Shown: positions 1 through 8,867 of the stretch, in pieces
Layout: the number at the start of each line of letters is the position of its first letter
How positions within the stretch are numbered: the first letter of the stretch is position 1
Source: Rhodospirillales bacterium
GTDB lineage: Bacteria; Pseudomonadota; Alphaproteobacteria; Rhodospirillales; JAPHRK01
NCBI GenBank assembly: GCA_026196105.1
Contig: JAPHRK010000002.1
Span: 140,566-204,565, forward strand
Reading direction: 5' to 3'
Length of the DNA: 64,000 bases
Position numbers and translations under genes: made by a program
Notes under the pieces: model-generated
The model's database searches: none
Told to the model about the DNA's origin: nothing
The model's input: only the letters and a program-made list of their open reading frames with translations

Positions 1-345
1 TTTGATCGTCGTTGCAACATGGCGATGGTTGAATTCCAACCTATTTTGGATGAAGCCGATGCCCTTGAAGAGCATGACCATCAGGGCAGAGACCTTGAAA
101 CCAAAGGCAAAGTTGACTTAATGCGGGATATGACTCGTTTTGATGCTCAACGTTTGAAGATGCTTATTGAAAAGCATATGCACTACACCAACAGTGATCG
201 TGCTCGTGATATTTTGGATAACTGGGAATCTTACCTACCAAAATTTGTCAAAGTCATGCCCGTAGAATATCGCCGGGCCTTGATGGAGATGCAGGCAGAT
301 AAAGCTAAGAATCCTGTGAAACCAAATTTAGGCAGGGGGAGATAA
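1..345 (+). CDS. gltB: Glutamate synthase large subunit, C-terminal fragment (gene continues left of window)
   Basis: Frame 1 is open from nt 1 (FDRRCNMAMVEF...). The tail ...KFVKVMPVEYRRALMEMQ resembles GltB C-termini. The stop lies 3 nt before the gltD start, the usual gltBD arrangement. Confidence 0.8.
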   Translation, partial: FDRRCNMAMVEFQPILDEADALEEHDHQGRDLETKGKVDLMRDMTRFDAQRLKMLIEKHMHYTNSDRARDILDNWESYLPKFVKVMPVEYRRALMEMQADKAKNPVKPNLGRGR

Positions 346-348
346 ATC

Positions 349-1791
349 ATGGGAAAACCTACAGGATTTAAAGAATTCCGTCGCCAAACCCCTAGCTATG
401 CACCCGTTAGAGAACGGATTAGTCATTTCAATGAGTTTTCTGAAGATCTCTCCGACAAAGAGTTGCAGAACCAAGGGGCCCGCTGCATGGATTGCGGTAT
501 TCCCTTCTGTCATGGTGGCTGCCCTGTGGATAATATTATCCCTGACTGGAACCACATGGCTTTTCAAGGACGTTGGCGTGAAGGGCTGCAAAATTTGCAC
601 TCTACCAATAACTTTCCAGAATTTACGGGGCGTGTTTGCCCCGCTCCGTGTGAAGCTGCTTGCACACTTAATCTGACAGACGAGCCTGTTTCTATCAAAA
701 CCATTGAATATGCATTGGTTGAAAAAGGATGGAACGAAGGCTGGATCAGACCACAAATCCCTATCACTAAAACCGGAAAACGCGTGGCAGTTATCGGGGC
801 TGGTCCTGCTGGGCTAGCCGCCTCACAACAATTGGCTCGCGCCGGACATAGTGTTGTTTTATTTGAGAAAAACTCCCGTTTTGGCGGGCTCCTCCGTTAC
901 GGTATTCCAGACTTTAAGCTAGAAAAATGGATCATTGATCGTCGTATTTCTCAAATGCAGGCTGAAGGTGTTGAGTTCCGCCCTAATACCAATGTGGGCG
1001 TTGATATAACAGCAAAACAGCTACTTAAAGATTTTGATGCGGTTGTTCTTTCTGGTGGTTCAGAGAAACCTCGCGATCTTCCAATTGAAGGGCGGGATCT
1101 CAAAGGCGTTCACTTTGCCATGGATTTCCTCTCCCAGCAAAACAAACGTAACGCTGATGAAACCATCAACGTTGATGAAATTCTTGCCAGCGGTAAAAAT
1201 GTTTTGGTCATTGGTGGTGGTGATACAGGCTCAGATTGCGTCGGAACTTCTATCCGTCAAAGTGCCAACTCGGTTAAACAAATCGAAATTATGCCGAAGC
1301 CTCCTGAGAAAGAAAACAAAGGCACGACTTGGCCTAACTGGCCTAACAAGCTCCGCTCTTCATCCTCTCACGAGGAAGGTTGTGAGCGCGACTGGAATAT
1401 CATTAGTAAAAAGTTCATTGGTAAAAACTGTCAAGTCTCTGGCGTTGAAGCCGCTCGCGTAGAGTGGAAACAAGACGACAAAGGCAATTGGAATATGGAA
1501 GAAGTCGCCGGAAGCGAGTTCTTTATCCATGCAGACCTCGTTTTCCTCGCTATGGGCTTTGTCCACCCCGTTCAAGAAGGTCTGCTAAACGGCCTCGGTG
1601 TCGAATATGATGGCCGTGGCAATGTTAAAGCTGAAATGGATGTCTTTAAGACCTCCGTTGATAAGGTCTTCGCTGCAGGTGATATGCGCAGGGGACAATC
1701 TTTGGTGGTCTGGGCTATCCGTGAAGGCCGCGCTTGTGCGAAGGCAGTTGATGAATATCTCATGGGCGAAAGCACTTTAGCCGGATACTAA
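349..1791 (+). CDS. gltD: Glutamate synthase (NADPH) small subunit
   Basis: 480 aa. N-terminal Fe-S Cys clusters (CMDCGIPFC...[12 protein letters not shown]), dinucleotide folds [10 protein letters not shown] and [11 protein letters not shown]. Directly follows gltB. Confidence 0.95.
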   Translation: MGKPTGFKEFRRQTPSYAPVRERISHFNEFSEDLSDKELQNQGARCMDCGIPFCHGGCPVDNIIPDWNHMAFQGRWREGLQNLHSTNNFPEFTGRVCPAPCEAACTLNLTDEPVSIKTIEYALVEKGWNEGWIRPQIPITKTGKRVAVIGAGPAGLAASQQLARAGHSVVLFEKNSRFGGLLRYGIPDFKLEKWIIDRRISQMQAEGVEFRPNTNVGVDITAKQLLKDFDAVVLSGGSEKPRDLPIEGRDLKGVHFAMDFLSQQNKRNADETINVDEILASGKNVLVIGGGDTGSDCVGTSIRQSANSVKQIEIMPKPPEKENKGTTWPNWPNKLRSSSSHEEGCERDWNIISKKFIGKNCQVSGVEAARVEWKQDDKGNWNMEEVAGSEFFIHADLVFLAMGFVHPVQEGLLNGLGVEYDGRGNVKAEMDVFKTSVDKVFAAGDMRRGQSLVVWAIREGRACAKAVDEYLMGESTLAGY

Positions 1792-1801
1792 ATTTCTATT
1801 A

Positions 1802-1832
1802 TGTCATTCCCGCTTTTACAGTGGGAATGACA
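1802..1832. terminator. 10-bp stem-loop between convergent gltD and the cNMP-protein gene; candidate bidirectional terminator or REP-like hairpin
   Basis: TGTCATTCCC (1802-1811) pairs with GGGAATGACA (1823-1832) around an 11-nt loop, followed by a T-rich stretch. Shares the 11-mer GTCATTCCCGC with the element at 37678-37766. Confidence 0.45.
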
Positions 1833-1841
1833 GTAGTTTTC

Positions 1842-3668
1842 TTACTTTTCGGAATTCTGTCGCAGGCGTTTAACATAAACGTCAATTAATCGACGCATGA
1901 CAGAATCACTTTCACTAAGCTTAGCTAAACGACTGGTAAAAGCTTCCGCCGGAATAATCTTAAGGACGGTATCTTCCATAGCTCGAGCAGTACCAGAACG
2001 CCCATTTTGGTCAATAAGAGCCATTTCACCAAATATTTCACCACGCTCAACAATACCGATACGTCTTTCGCCATCTTTTGATATTTTGATAATTTCAACC
2101 CGACCCGTATCGACTAAATATGCCTCATCACCCGGCTCTTTTTGATTAAAGATGATGTCCCCCTCCACAAGACGCATTCTGCCAAATGATGATTTGTATT
2201 TAGGCTTCTTAGGTTTGGTTATTGGTTTTGTTTCTACGGGTTGTTGCGCCGCCGCCTTACCGCTTCCTCCACCCAATAGATTAGCCATATTTTTGGCAAT
2301 CATTGTACCAATTGCTTCTGGGAAACCTCCTTTTTCAATACGGTTTCCCAAATCTTTTGAAACTGCAGTCATATAATCTGGAGAACTATTGGGTTTGCAT
2401 AAATCTTTAAGGGATTTAGCAGCACCAATAGTGCGAGTTAAAGCGGCTCCGACCTCAGAGAGATATTTTTCTGCAAACGGCGTACGTGATAAATCAAAAA
2501 GATAACCCAAGGCTACGGCCTTGTTAGGCAACCTTTTGAGCACTTCATCAATGGCCTGATTAGCTGGAAGGTCTTCATCAGTCGCATAAGTGATCCGGGC
2601 TCTTTTGGTCATCGCTTCACTATAACTTCCGTCCCCAATGAAACCAGCACTTGTTATCGACAGGGCAAGTATTTCTTCCAGGGCTTTTTGGTCTGTAGCA
2701 GAACTTTCTTTTGTCAGAGGTTGAATATGACCAAGGCTTAACGAAATTTTACGAACTAAAACTGCTGTGGTTTTTTCATAACGACCAGAATGAACTAACG
2801 AACTCAGTTTTTGTAAATTTGGATGCTCAGCTTTGCCTTGGATAACTTCAATAGTTGATAAAATGAGGTCTTTGAGAGTATCTCCCAGAGAAAGAACTTC
2901 TTTAACCGCCTGCCCCCCATCAAGAATTTCCGACATGGCCTGGTCCAAAATCTCTTCATCACCTTCACCAGTTGCCAATTCTAATAGAATACCAAGCTTG
3001 CCCCTCCATTCTAAGGACCTGGACAACGTTTTTGCAATTGCACCATTAAGCGTATGATTTTGATCTGAACTTGCGTTTGCGACCTCAATAGCAGCCTTAA
3101 GGCCTCTTGATCTGAGGGCAGCTTCAGCTTCTTCAATGGGCTTTGTTTTATAGCTTGGGTCACTTAGATCAGAAATCGCAGCATAAAGAAAATCAACCCG
3201 CTTGCTTTTATCTGCGTCAAACTCACGGGCTTGCAATCCAGCAATCTTTTGAACGGCCTGATTCATCAACCGATCATCACGGGCTAATTGTTTAAACTTT
3301 CCAGGTCCATAGAGAAGCTCAAGGGGTGTAAGCCCTTCTCGATCTAAATATTTACGAAGAAGTCGTCCTGCACACAAACGTGCTTCATAGCCATAGAGGT
3401 CTGCAGTTGTCTCACATAATGGCGCATATTCGATTGAAGATATGGAGACCGGAGAACCGCCCACAGGCTTGCTATCTTCTTCAAAAACAACCTGTTCAAT
3501 GCGCCCAGGTTCTTCCTGAACAACTTTCACACCATCATGAGGACCTGCATCGATAAGGGTTTGGGCATAACTAACAGCAGCCGCTTCTGTTGTTTTTACA
3601 GCATCAAATTGCCACCGCCCATTTACTTTTACCATTATTTCATAGGTAATAGATTTCTGCCGAAACAT
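1842..3668 (-). CDS. Uncharacterised 608-aa protein with C-terminal cyclic-nucleotide-binding (CAP-effector) domain
   Basis: Long uninterrupted ORF. The last ~115 aa carry GDIIFNQKEPGDEAYLVDTGRVEI...GEIFGEMALID...RSGTARA, a cNMP beta-barrel with phosphate-binding cassette. No motif recognised in the first ~490 aa. Confidence 0.75.
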   Translation of the reverse strand: MFRQKSITYEIMVKVNGRWQFDAVKTTEAAAVSYAQTLIDAGPHDGVKVVQEEPGRIEQVVFEEDSKPVGGSPVSISSIEYAPLCETTADLYGYEARLCAGRLLRKYLDREGLTPLELLYGPGKFKQLARDDRLMNQAVQKIAGLQAREFDADKSKRVDFLYAAISDLSDPSYKTKPIEEAEAALRSRGLKAAIEVANASSDQNHTLNGAIAKTLSRSLEWRGKLGILLELATGEGDEEILDQAMSEILDGGQAVKEVLSLGDTLKDLILSTIEVIQGKAEHPNLQKLSSLVHSGRYEKTTAVLVRKISLSLGHIQPLTKESSATDQKALEEILALSITSAGFIGDGSYSEAMTKRARITYATDEDLPANQAIDEVLKRLPNKAVALGYLFDLSRTPFAEKYLSEVGAALTRTIGAAKSLKDLCKPNSSPDYMTAVSKDLGNRIEKGGFPEAIGTMIAKNMANLLGGGSGKAAAQQPVETKPITKPKKPKYKSSFGRMRLVEGDIIFNQKEPGDEAYLVDTGRVEIIKISKDGERRIGIVERGEIFGEMALIDQNGRSGTARAMEDTVLKIIPAEAFTSRLAKLSESDSVMRRLIDVYVKRLRQNSEK

Positions 3669-3735
3669 TTAGCCTCCCCAGGCACCCTCAGAGTGTATTC
3701 TCTTTTTCTATATCTTAGAGACCAAGCAATATCAT

Positions 3736-4185
3736 TCAAGAGCCTGATTTGATTTGTTCAATAATAGATTTGGTAATACGAGCTGTTGCAACAATTTTCC
3801 CCTCACACTTTGCTTCGCTCTCTAAGAAAACCAGAGCTTTTCCAGTCTTAATAACTCTAGATGTTATCATAATTTCTGTTTCAACAGGTGCCGAACGGAG
3901 AACAGAAACAAAAATGTCATGTGTTACTGCACTTTTATTTGACGGAAGAACCGTCGCAGAAGCTGCGGCGGCAGCTGTATCCAACGCAACATAGTAACTG
4001 CCTGCATGAACAGTCCCATAAGGGGTTTGCAAATCCGATACCGCTGTAAAACGAGATATAGCAACGCCTTCCTTGGCTTCAATGACTTCAAGGCCTAAAA
4101 ACCCATGAATAGAAACACTATTTATCTCGACGAGGAGAGAGGCCATTTCAGCTTCACTCCTCACCGCAGGGAATTGATTACCCAC
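3736..4185 (-). CDS. PaaI/hotdog-fold acyl-CoA thioesterase
   Basis: 149 aa. ...GTVHAGSYYVALDTAAAAA... resembles the PaaI-type hotdog core. GTG start 4 nt after the crotonase stop. An alternative ATG at 4146 is preceded by GAGGAG. Confidence 0.65.
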   Translation of the reverse strand: MGNQFPAVRSEAEMASLLVEINSVSIHGFLGLEVIEAKEGVAISRFTAVSDLQTPYGTVHAGSYYVALDTAAAAASATVLPSNKSAVTHDIFVSVLRSAPVETEIMITSRVIKTGKALVFLESEAKCEGKIVATARITKSIIEQIKSGS

Positions 4186-4188
4186 CCC

Positions 4189-4980
4189 TTATTCCCCTTT
4201 AAATTCGGGTTTGCGCTTATTGAGGAAAGCATCAACACCTTCTTTGCCATCGGCTCGTGTAGCGGCAGCACTGATTGCTCTGGTCTCAGCATCCATTTGC
4301 GTTTCCAGGGTTTCTGTATAGCCACTCAAGACTAATCTCTTAGCAACCCCAAAGGATTTAGTTGGTCCTTTGGCAAAATTACGGGCTAAGCCTAAAGCTT
4401 CGTCCATAAGGTCTTCTGCTGGGACCACTTTATTGAGAATTCCCCAATCTAGAGCTTCTTGAGCTGTCAAAACCCGGTTGGTCAAAACAAGTTCCTTCGC
4501 TCGGCGCAACCCAACATGTTTGGAAAGGAAAAAAGTTGAACTGCCATCAGGCACCAAGCCAGCAGCAGTGTAAGCCATGGTAAATTTAGCCCCTTCAGCA
4601 GCGATAGCCATATCTCCCCCACAGGCTAAACTAAACCCTGCCCCGGCAGCCGTACCGTTAATTGCCATAATCACTGGCGCATCCATCCAATTTAAACGTG
4701 AGATTGCATTGTGAAGCCCAGTCGCTGTTTTACAAAGGTGAGCTGACATCTCTTCGCCTTTAGCATGAAACTCAGCTAGATCACCCCCAGCACAAAACAT
4801 TTTACCCGTTGCCGTAACGACCACGGCCCGAACCTCGGGGTCATTTTCGGCTTGAATAGCCGCCTCATGCAACTCGAGCCCCATCTCTAAATTAAGAGCG
4901 TTGGCGTTATCAGGGCGGTTAAATGTAATAATTCCGACATTATCAGAAACGTCGTAAGTAAGCGTATTCATCTCAATCAT
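4189..4980 (-). CDS. Enoyl-CoA hydratase/isomerase (crotonase) family protein
   Basis: Crotonase motifs ...FCAGGDL..., ...AINGTAAGAGFSLACGGD... I prefer the ATG at 4980 (AGAGGGA 8 nt upstream) over the track start 5016, which would overlap the TetR gene. Confidence 0.9.
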   Translation of the reverse strand: MIEMNTLTYDVSDNVGIITFNRPDNANALNLEMGLELHEAAIQAENDPEVRAVVVTATGKMFCAGGDLAEFHAKGEEMSAHLCKTATGLHNAISRLNWMDAPVIMAINGTAAGAGFSLACGGDMAIAAEGAKFTMAYTAAGLVPDGSSTFFLSKHVGLRRAKELVLTNRVLTAQEALDWGILNKVVPAEDLMDEALGLARNFAKGPTKSFGVAKRLVLSGYTETLETQMDAETRAISAAATRADGKEGVDAFLNKRKPEFKGE

Positions 4981-4996
4981 TTTAAGTATCCCTCTT

Positions 4997-5605
4997 TTAA
5001 ATTTCTTCTCTTTCAATTTCTCGATAAGCCATCTCCCGACAGGACCTTAAAACCCTATCCGAAAGTCGGCGACTATTTACATTCCTTGAGAGCATGAGTC
5101 CCCCAATCATCAAAGCGTACAGAGCAACAGCCCGGTCCCCTGCCCCGACAGCACATTTCCCCCGAATGGGGCGTGGCCCTGGCATACGCTGGGCTAAAGC
5201 TGTCATGGTTTCGCGAACATGCTCTTCAACGATTTCTTTTGCCATTTCCCCTTCACGACCAACCTCCGCTCCAAGGGCTGCCATGGCGCAACCTTCATGA
5301 GGTTTATCACGATGATCCCCTCTTAAATAACGGGAAATAACTTTCTTCAGCCACGTCATTTTGTCGGTCCCTTCTAGCTTTCGGAACCAATGGTTTCGGC
5401 GTTCTTTAAAAGCATAGCCCAAGGACTCTCCTATCAATTCTTCTTTAGAGTCAAAATGGGAGTAAAACCCTCCATGGGTAAGGCCTGCTTCTTTCATGAT
5501 ATCGGATACACCAGCACCAGAAATGCCATATTCTCGGAACATGTCAGCAGCGCTTTCAATAATCGCCTGACGGGTTTGTTCTTTTTGTTCTTTCCTGGAT
5601 ACCAT
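4997..5605 (-). CDS. TetR/AcrR family transcriptional regulator
   Basis: N-terminal HTH ...TRQAIIESAADMFREYGISGAGVSDIMKEAGLTHGGFYSHFDSKEEL... I prefer the ATG at 5605 (GGAGG 5 nt upstream) over the GTG at 5623. Confidence 0.9.
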   Translation of the reverse strand: MVSRKEQKEQTRQAIIESAADMFREYGISGAGVSDIMKEAGLTHGGFYSHFDSKEELIGESLGYAFKERRNHWFRKLEGTDKMTWLKKVISRYLRGDHRDKPHEGCAMAALGAEVGREGEMAKEIVEEHVRETMTALAQRMPGPRPIRGKCAVGAGDRAVALYALMIGGLMLSRNVNSRRLSDRVLRSCREMAYREIEREEI

Positions 5606-5622
5606 AACATCCTCCATTTTCA

Positions 5623-5660
5623 CATGTTGATCATCATGTTAACCGTACAAATCATCATGT
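5623..5660. promoter_or_regulatory. Candidate operator in the TetR/ACAD divergent region
   Basis: CATGTTGATCATCATG (5623-5638) is a 14/16 palindrome centred on TGATCA. The 10-mer ATCATCATGT occurs twice (5630-5639 and 5651-5660), 21 bp apart. Confidence 0.3.
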
Positions 5661-5866
5661 ATAATTTTTCATGCTGGTTTCATTGACTTTTCAAGACTAT
5701 TCCAGATGACAGACATAATGTAAAAATGTTTTTTGCATGACGACCATCATTCAAATAAAGATTGCGAATACCAAAAAAATCGTATTTTTGTTGCTGCAAA
5801 TAAGCCTCCATGCCAGTCTGCAATCAAATTTGTCATCTAATTTTCTTGAAAGACAGGGATTATAAA

Positions 5867-7069
5867 ATGAACTTCGAGTATTCTGATAAAGTTAAAGAGC
5901 TTCAAGAGCGCGTATCAGCGTTTATGGATGAACATGTTTATCCTAATGAGCATCTTGCCCATGAGCAGGCCCGTGAAGGAGACCGTTGGGCTAAACTCCC
6001 TATTATTGATGAGCTTAAAACAAAAGCCAGAGCACAAGGTCTTTGGAACTTATTCCTGCCAGAAAGCGACCGTGGCGCAGGTTTAACAAATCTTGAATAT
6101 GCCCCACTTTGTGAAATCATGGGCCGCAGTCATATTGCACCTGAGGTTTTCAATTGCTCGGCCCCAGATACTGGAAACATGGAAGTGCTGGAACGGTATG
6201 GGTCCGAAGAACATAAAGAAAAATGGCTCAAGCCTCTTTTGGCAGGTGAAATTCGCTCTGCTTTTGCCATGACCGAACCAGCCGTTGCCTCTTGTGATGC
6301 CACCAATATTGAATCAAGCATTGTGCGTGATGGTGACGAGTATGTCATCAATGGTCGCAAATGGTGGACCTCTGGGGCTCCTGACCCCCGCTGTAAAGTA
6401 CTTATTTTCATGGGTAAAACTGACCCCTCAGCCCCTAAACACCAACAGCAATCCATGGTCGTTGTCCCTATGGATACGCCAGGTGTTAAAGTTGTTCGCC
6501 ACCTCCCCGTCTTTGGATTTGACCATGCGCCTCATGGCCATGGAGAAGTTGATTTCAAAGATGTCCGTGTCCCAACTTCGGCCATTCTCCTTGGAGAAGG
6601 ACGCGGATTTGAAATTGCGCAAGGCCGCCTCGGCCCTGGTCGTATTCACCACTGCATGCGCTTGATTGGTGTGGCTGAGCGTGCACTTGAAATGACCTGC
6701 AAACGGGTTAAAGAACGGGTTGCTTTTGGCAAGCCACTGGCAGAACAAGGACACATGCAACAAGAAATTGCTGAATCTCGCATCGAGATTGAACAAGCTC
6801 GTCAAATGACTCTCAAGGCAGCCTTTATGATGGATACTGTTGGCAATAAAGTTGCTCAGGCAGAAATCGCCATGATTAAAGTGATAGCCCCTCGTATGGC
6901 ATGCACAATTGTTGATCGGGCGATTCAGGCTCATGGCGGTGCTGGTGTGACAACTGATTTTGGTCTTGCGGCAATGTATGCCCAATCTCGCACACTTCGT
7001 TTAGCTGATGGTCCTGATGAAGTGCACAAACGTTCCATCGCCCGTTACGAACTACGCAAGGAGTCTTAA
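5867..7069 (+). CDS. Acyl-CoA dehydrogenase, FadE2 / ACAD10-ACAD11 C-terminal type
   Basis: [28 protein letters not shown]..., ...[13 protein letters not shown]..., ...[13 protein letters not shown]..., ...ADGPDEVH... I prefer the ATG at 5867 (AGGGA 8 nt upstream). The track start 5810 adds a non-homologous 19 aa. Confidence 0.9.
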   Translation: MNFEYSDKVKELQERVSAFMDEHVYPNEHLAHEQAREGDRWAKLPIIDELKTKARAQGLWNLFLPESDRGAGLTNLEYAPLCEIMGRSHIAPEVFNCSAPDTGNMEVLERYGSEEHKEKWLKPLLAGEIRSAFAMTEPAVASCDATNIESSIVRDGDEYVINGRKWWTSGAPDPRCKVLIFMGKTDPSAPKHQQQSMVVVPMDTPGVKVVRHLPVFGFDHAPHGHGEVDFKDVRVPTSAILLGEGRGFEIAQGRLGPGRIHHCMRLIGVAERALEMTCKRVKERVAFGKPLAEQGHMQQEIAESRIEIEQARQMTLKAAFMMDTVGNKVAQAEIAMIKVIAPRMACTIVDRAIQAHGGAGVTTDFGLAAMYAQSRTLRLADGPDEVHKRSIARYELRKES

Positions 7070-7072
7070 GTT

Positions 7073-7834
7073 ATGGGAAGAGTTGATGGAAAGGTTGCCC
7101 TGATTACAGGGGCAGCCTCTGGCCTTGGCCTGGAGTCAGCCCGCCTTCTTGCAAAAGAAGGGGCAAAAATTGTTCTCACTGACATTAACGAAAAAGATGG
7201 CGAAACTGCCGCTTCAGAAATTGGCGGTGATTCCTTCTTCATCAAACATGATGTTACCAGTGAAGAACAGTGGATTTCAGTTATTGACCAAACCATGGAG
7301 CGTTTTGGCACACTAGATGTGTTGGTCAATAGTGCTGGCATGGGCGTGATTGGCGACATTGAACACACTTCCTTTGACGATTGGAAAAAGGTTCATGCGG
7401 TCAATTTGGACAGCGTGTTTCTTGGCTGTAAATACGGCATCAAAGCCATGAAAAAAGAAAATGGAGGTTCAATTATCAACCTCTCCTCCGTTTCTGGACT
7501 CATTGGCGGGTATAATATGGCGGCTTACAACTCTAGCAAAGGTGGTGTTCGTCTGCTTTCTAAATCGGTGGCTCTCTATTGCGCGCGCAAGGGGTACAAT
7601 ATTCGTTGCAACTCGGTCCACCCTTCCTTCATCCTCACCCCAATGGTTGAGCAGATGATTGATGCGGCCCCAGATCCAGTTAAGGCTAAAAGTACATTAG
7701 AGAGGCAACTTCCGATTGGTCGGCTTGGGCAACCAACCGAAGTTGCTCACATGATCCTCTATCTCGCGTCTGACGAATCTCCCTTTGTCACAGGATCAGA
7801 AATGGTCATTGATGGCGGAATTACCGCCCAATAA
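7073..7834 (+). CDS. Short-chain dehydrogenase/reductase (SDR)
   Basis: TGAASGLG cofactor motif and YNSSK catalytic YxxxK. AAGGAG lies 9 nt upstream. 3 nt after the ACAD stop. Confidence 0.9.
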   Translation: MGRVDGKVALITGAASGLGLESARLLAKEGAKIVLTDINEKDGETAASEIGGDSFFIKHDVTSEEQWISVIDQTMERFGTLDVLVNSAGMGVIGDIEHTSFDDWKKVHAVNLDSVFLGCKYGIKAMKKENGGSIINLSSVSGLIGGYNMAAYNSSKGGVRLLSKSVALYCARKGYNIRCNSVHPSFILTPMVEQMIDAAPDPVKAKSTLERQLPIGRLGQPTEVAHMILYLASDESPFVTGSEMVIDGGITAQ

Positions 7835-7844
7835 GTATACCGAA

Positions 7845-8462
7845 TTAGGTAGATGGCACTGCTGCGATGCCTCGCGTAAGCATATCAGCAATGCCATTTG
7901 CCACTTCCTCAGATGAGAGCTCCCCATCATGTCGAAACCACTTAGGTGCCCAATTCATAGAACCAAGAATAATATTGGTGGCTAGCTTTGGGTCACAATC
8001 AATAACACTCCCATCTTCGACACCCTGACGAATAAATTCTCTCATGCTGAGAGAAAGTTGCTTTCGGCGGTCATAAATTATTTTTGCATTTTTGGCATCA
8101 AGAGTTCCCTCGTCGTACACGGTTACGCAAGGAGGGTTGGCCATCAGCACAGCACAAAAATAATCTCGAATAACCCGATGGATTCGATTAAGTCCCGTTG
8201 TTTCTTCTTTTTTGGCGACCTCAACCGCCTCGAGAGAAGCAATAGTTGAGTTGTAAACACATCGAAATAAAAGTTCGTCCTTATTTGGCACATAATGATA
8301 AAGCGCCGCTTTGGTTATTCCGAGCCCTTCAGCCAAATCAGCCAAAGAAGTCCCTCTAAACCCACGACGGTTAAATCCTTTCGCAGCTTCGCGATAAAGG
8401 GCCTCTCTCTTTAATTCATGTTGTGTCTCACGGTTTGGCACCGCGTCGTTCCACTTACTCAT
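7845..8462 (-). CDS. TetR family transcriptional regulator (same subfamily as both halves of 44039-45283)
   Basis: HTH ...EAAKGFNRRGFRGTSLADLAEGLGITKAALYHYVPNKDEL... C-terminal ...GSMNWAPKWF... is shared with the double TetR. Confidence 0.9.
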   Translation of the reverse strand: MSKWNDAVPNRETQHELKREALYREAAKGFNRRGFRGTSLADLAEGLGITKAALYHYVPNKDELLFRCVYNSTIASLEAVEVAKKEETTGLNRIHRVIRDYFCAVLMANPPCVTVYDEGTLDAKNAKIIYDRRKQLSLSMREFIRQGVEDGSVIDCDPKLATNIILGSMNWAPKWFRHDGELSSEEVANGIADMLTRGIAAVPST

Positions 8463-8558
8463 TTAGTAGCCTTCCCTGTCGTCGGCATGAGCCTTTTTAG
8501 TGGACTTTTTGTCCAGTTAATAAAACCCTAGGCTATGGTTTTCATTCCATCAAGGCAC

Positions 8559-8638
8559 AAAATTGAACTAGTGACAAAAAAATTGAAGTTTGAGGTAGAC
8601 ATTTGACCGCTCGTTCAATAACTTATTTTCCATTGAAG
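8559..8638. promoter_or_regulatory. Cluster of ATTGAA(C/G) half-site-like repeats in the TetR/ABC divergent region
   Basis: AAAATTGAA at 8559-8567 and 8579-8587 (20 bp apart), inverted GTTCAAT at 8613-8619, ATTGAAG at 8632-8638. Confidence 0.25.
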
Positions 8639-8867
8639 CAATACAAGGTCTTCTCTGTGTTTTTGATGATACCTAAACCACACTTGGTGGTTTTTGGGAC
8701 AATGCAGGGTTTTACTATACTGTTTCAAAAAAATAGGGGCATAATGCTCACATAAGGCCAAATAAAAATCTGGCCATTGAGAATAAAAAATAACTCGAGG
8801 CTTAAAGATTAAATTGGTCTTTGAATAGATTTAGACCTTTGGACATATTCAGGGAGGCCGAATTTAC

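Noticed and set aside
5810-5866. N-terminal extensions in the ORF track: 5810 (ACAD), 5016 (crotonase), 5623 (TetR), 13122 (LivF-like), 25573 (HBD), 26515 (ACS), 36898 (soxX), 47831 (decarboxylase), 48870 (thiSG), 55392 (nrdJ), 61620 (oxidoreductase)
   Set aside because: In each case an internal ATG or GTG with a better-placed Shine-Dalgarno begins where family-typical N-termini begin. The longer versions overlap neighbours or add non-homologous residues. Not experimentally verifiable here.
6428-6985. 185-aa ORF antisense to the ACAD gene. Similar antisense or out-of-frame ORFs occur at 328-756, 6130-6456, 14283-14615, 49918-50316 and 50683-51090.
   Set aside because: All are embedded in strongly supported genes on the other strand or in another frame. 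The translations are Cys/His/Arg-rich or otherwise atypical and have no recognisable domains.
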